A stretch of 64,000 nt of DNA, from NCBI RefSeq assembly GCF_009914755.1, contig NC_060925.1. One strand, 5' to 3'. Positions 59,489-64,000 of the stretch are shown here, one piece after another. The notes under the pieces are model-generated. The model did not search any database. It was not told the DNA's origin and saw only the letters and a program-made list of their open reading frames with translations. The translations under genes were made by a program, and so were the position numbers. The DNA is from the human T2T-CHM13v2.0 reference genome, Homo sapiens. Position 1 is the stretch's first letter; each line of letters opens with the position of its first letter.

Positions 59489-59759
59489 CTAGGAAGAGAG
59501 GACCACAGATGGATGTGGGAAGATGGGTAGGCTCTTCCCACAAAGAGTCACTGCTCCTTCTGCTACCACCATTCATCACTTATTTATGCATTCATTCATT
59601 CAGCTGTATTAAGCATTTACAGCAAGCATCATTCAGCAGCAAAGGGAAATTCTACTGTGACTGGTATTTAGGGTGAGAGAAAAATGGAGCTGGGATGACC
59701 AGTGCATCATTTCAAGTGATCCAGTTGCTTCGGGCTTAGCAAACAATTTGAAGAAACAA

Positions 59760-59762
<3 letters not shown>

Positions 59763-59797
<35 letters not shown>
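59763..59797. repeat. (TG)n microsatellite
   Basis: Directly visible. Confidence 0.97.
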
Positions 59798-59798
<1 letters not shown>

Positions 59799-60880
59799 AT
59801 TTCAGCTGCAAAAACAGGGGAGAGCTTTTATGTATTAAGTTAAATCTGCCACACATAACGCTGGTTTCAGGACTTTATTTTTTTTAGCAATATGGGGTGA
59901 CATCTGGTTTCTTCCTGTCTCACGTCTAAACATCAATCATAGATTCTAACAGTGGTTCCACCAATTATCAGTGGGTCCTATAAATTCTAAACCTCGGATA
60001 CGTCATCTGTATAATGGAGAAGACACCACTTAACCACCCAGGGTGGTTGTAAGAATTAGGTTAGCTAACTATGTAAAGTGCCTAGCATAATATATCTCAC
60101 ACAATCAAAGCTGTTCTCAGCATAACCTTAAATGTCTCCATCTGAATAACTGGCCCAGCAGGAAAAACCATTGACAAATCTGAATAGAAATTTACATCCA
60201 TCAGGAATTTACCACCAAGTGTGGGGAGGAATCTCATCATCTGAACATGACTTTTGGGTCACAGCTTTCCCTTAACCACACAGTCCTGAGTGATGTTCCG
60301 TCTTCTTACTAAAGCTCAGGGGAAGGGATTGAAACCCAAGTCCTGGAGTCAGGCTGGTGGAGGAGTTACCTTCTGGTGCTCAAAGGCCAACACCTCGAAG
60401 GTCATTCCTTACAAATCAGGACACCACTCTGTCGACTGCCAGAGGTGAGGATGCAGGACTCAGTGAGACTGAACACATGGCCTTGACATCACCGGGGCAG
60501 CATTTAGAGGGACAGCCTTTAAGCTTGGTGCTGCATGGCACTCGGTGGGCATAAATCTTCCCGTGCACAATCTCTATTCACTCCCTTTATTTTGGTCAAT
60601 ATCTTTCCAAACCTATTTCATTAGGCCAGCATGTGCCAAATGGTTCTTCTCTCAACCTTAGGCTTCAATCATACCTCCCTATCAAATAAGCTAGAGATAA
60701 AAATCCGCTACTAATTCCCAGAGGGCCCACCCACATAAGGCTAGGTCAAGAGTATGCCTCCAAATACATTAAAGGGGGCTTTTCCAGTCTCATAATAATT
60801 ATACCTTGGATTTATAAAATTTCTTTCCCTGAAAATCTTCCTATTTATCCTCCCCCTCTCACCATCGCTGTGAGCAAAGG

Positions 60881-60881
<1 letters not shown>

Positions 60882-60917
<36 letters not shown>
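60882..60917. repeat. (CA)n microsatellite
   Basis: Directly visible. Confidence 0.97.
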
Positions 60918-60920
<3 letters not shown>

Positions 60921-62600
60921 CACTTTCAAGCAGGCAGCACAGAGGAGCAGAGACACGAGGCAACAGAGTCAGCTGCCAAGTGACAGCCTATATCATGTGG
61001 CTTGTTGGGGACAGATGTATGCTGACCTCCTGGTTTTCAATTATTTCTTTTTTTGCAGAACCCTTTCTCCTGGTGCAAGCTCTTATGCAAGTATAGAGAA
61101 AGAATAAACATGCTCAGGTTCCATTATGGGTATGAGTCCAAAGCCAAGTATTCTAGGTCCTTGCTAACTGCCACCTCCACTCCCATCCATCCTGGCAGCC
61201 CTGCAGACACACACACAGAGCTCCTGGGACCCCCCAGAACACTGCCTAGAAGACACAGTGCCTCCACAGTGCATGACTAAGCCCTGTACCACTCATTGAC
61301 AGCGAGTATTTGTGTCCAACCCGACATTTTTTTTTAGCAGAACCTGTATCTCAGAGTCAGTGCTATCTTTTCCTTCACCCCAAATTGAAACTGCAACAAT
61401 AGGTAATTAAGCCACACAGAAGGAATAACTTCCCAACTGAGAGAAGTTGTCAGACATTGAATTAAGCTAGTGAAAACGAGAGGTAATTTTATTCCCTAAG
61501 GAGCTGTAAGAGTAGCGTAAGCATCAATCTCTAAGGAATGGCTTAAACACTATGTTTTTTGCTCATGTAGGGTTTTTTAGGAGCTCCTTCCACTGTTCCT
61601 CTCTAATTCTCCTTTCAGATGATCACAACAGGGTTATGATGAGGTCTGAGGCATAGACTCATTCCCTATATTATGCAGTAATAAAACAAGATTAGCTGTC
61701 CATTATCATGCTTTTACCATGTACCAGATACTTGTTCAAAAGGTTCCTCACTTTTAACTCAATTCCCCATTTTACATTTGAAAAAGATGAGGCGCAGAGG
61801 TTAAATAACTTGCCCAACGTCACACAGCAAATGAGGAGTGGGACTGGAATGAGACCACAACTCTTATTTCACAGCCTATATTCTTAAGCACTAGCCTGCA
61901 GTCACCCAGAATGAGCATTGCTCACTGGAGAGACATCTACACCCTGGCATCTATCTTGCACAACATAAGAGGACAGAATAGGAGAGTATGGATGAATACA
62001 TCCAGACCCATTGTCAGTTCTGGAAGAAAAAAAGAGTAACTATTCAAATACTCAAATTTCAAATATTCAAAATGCACATCTAGCTGACAGTGGGTCAAAG
62101 GAGGAGCTATCATAAACAAACGACCTTTAGTAAGCACCTACTAAGCATCCAAATCCAAGATTAGTTGGTAGTAAAAAGACGATACTCACATTTCAAGTTA
62201 TCTGTGTTTAAACAGGACTATTTGTGTCACTACATGCCTGAGAGATACCATTAGGCCTTCAACTGAGCTGAATTTAGATGAGAAATGTGTACTTTCTTTC
62301 AACTTAGGGACCCATTGCATATCTATCTCTAGGTTCAGCCCCTTCCTTTTCTGATGAAAAAACCAAGGCTCAGAGAAACTACAGAACTAGACAGTGCAGA
62401 ACTGGCTCTAGTCCCAGATCTTCCTTCACTGCTCTTCTCACAGGCCATTTTGGTAAGTTCATCCAAAATTCTCTTAACCATGTGTGGAGCCTAGACACTC
62501 AATTAAGAATATTTTATGTTCATTTTTCTTAAAAACATAACTTATAGGGAGCTAGAACAGAAGATTTGTTTTGCTAAGCCAGTATATTTAGCTTCTCTAA

Positions 62601-62979
<379 letters not shown>

Positions 62980-63438
62980 GACCTCAGCTTTCTAATAATC
63001 AGTTACCAGGAATAAGCTTCAGCCAATAGGTAAAACTCAGCACAAGCATTTGAAAAAGGATTCTCAGGTACTCAAGTTGTGGTATGGGTTCTCTGCTTCT
63101 GTAACTCAAATTGGTGACAGATGTCAAAATACTTTGCAATGGCTTACTAATTGTGGACTATTACATAAATAATAATATACTGTAATGTGATGTGACATTA
63201 ATATGTGACATTATTTAATAATATTTTGTAATAATTATTTGTAAAATCACTACACATAAATTTCTCTGAAATGCTCTACCTGCTTGAGCAGGTAGCACGT
63301 AGGAAGAAAATATAGGCCCACCACTACACTAGGAAAAGGCAGGGGTCTAGCCACTTTGGTAACTGTCCTTCTACAGTGAGGACTTGGCTCACATTCAGTT
63401 ACTGTTACATTTTTCAATAAACCATAGGTCTTGGATAA

Positions 63439-63752
<314 letters not shown>

Positions 63753-64000
63753 AATTTCATTATTTTTAATCTTACTACTTTTGCAGAGAATTTTAAGCAG
63801 TTTCAGTAAATATCATGGATACTGTAGGATTTTCCTTTCAAAGAGTCTAGCGAAATGAAAAGGGGGCAGATGGAATGGAAAGAAACCCTAGGCCAAAGAC
63901 TATGGCTGGAAGCATCCTGATAGCCAAGTCGAAAAGAGAAAGGCGAGATGCACATATCTCACACAGCTTATTGGGAGCAACAATTGTCCTCTGGATTCTC

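Overview
Human or great-ape genomic DNA from inside the minus-strand neuronal gene ASTN1 (astrotactin-1). The assignment rests on recognising the translated exons and on the intronic pre-miR-488 hairpin. Six internal coding exons (probably exons 3-8; numbering from memory) lie between 59488 and 41443. All have AG/GT boundaries and compatible phases, and exon 7 has two in-frame donors 24 nt apart. MIR488 sits at 56002-56084 (-). Positions 1-41442 appear to be one long intron full of Alu, L1, L2, MIR, L3/CR1, MaLR LTRs, hAT DNA transposons and microsatellites. Most ORF-track entries are repeat-derived or chance ORFs. I found no support for a novel multi-gene system. The most unusual local features are a palindrome/hairpin-rich templated-looking insertion (24.1-24.2 kb), two hAT transposons sharing one 8-bp target site, an L1/microsatellite/Alu deletion junction, a near-perfect RFX X-box, a CTCF-like site and a cluster of six UGCAUG motifs in a UG tract. 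Repeat subfamily calls were made by eye and their boundaries are approximate.
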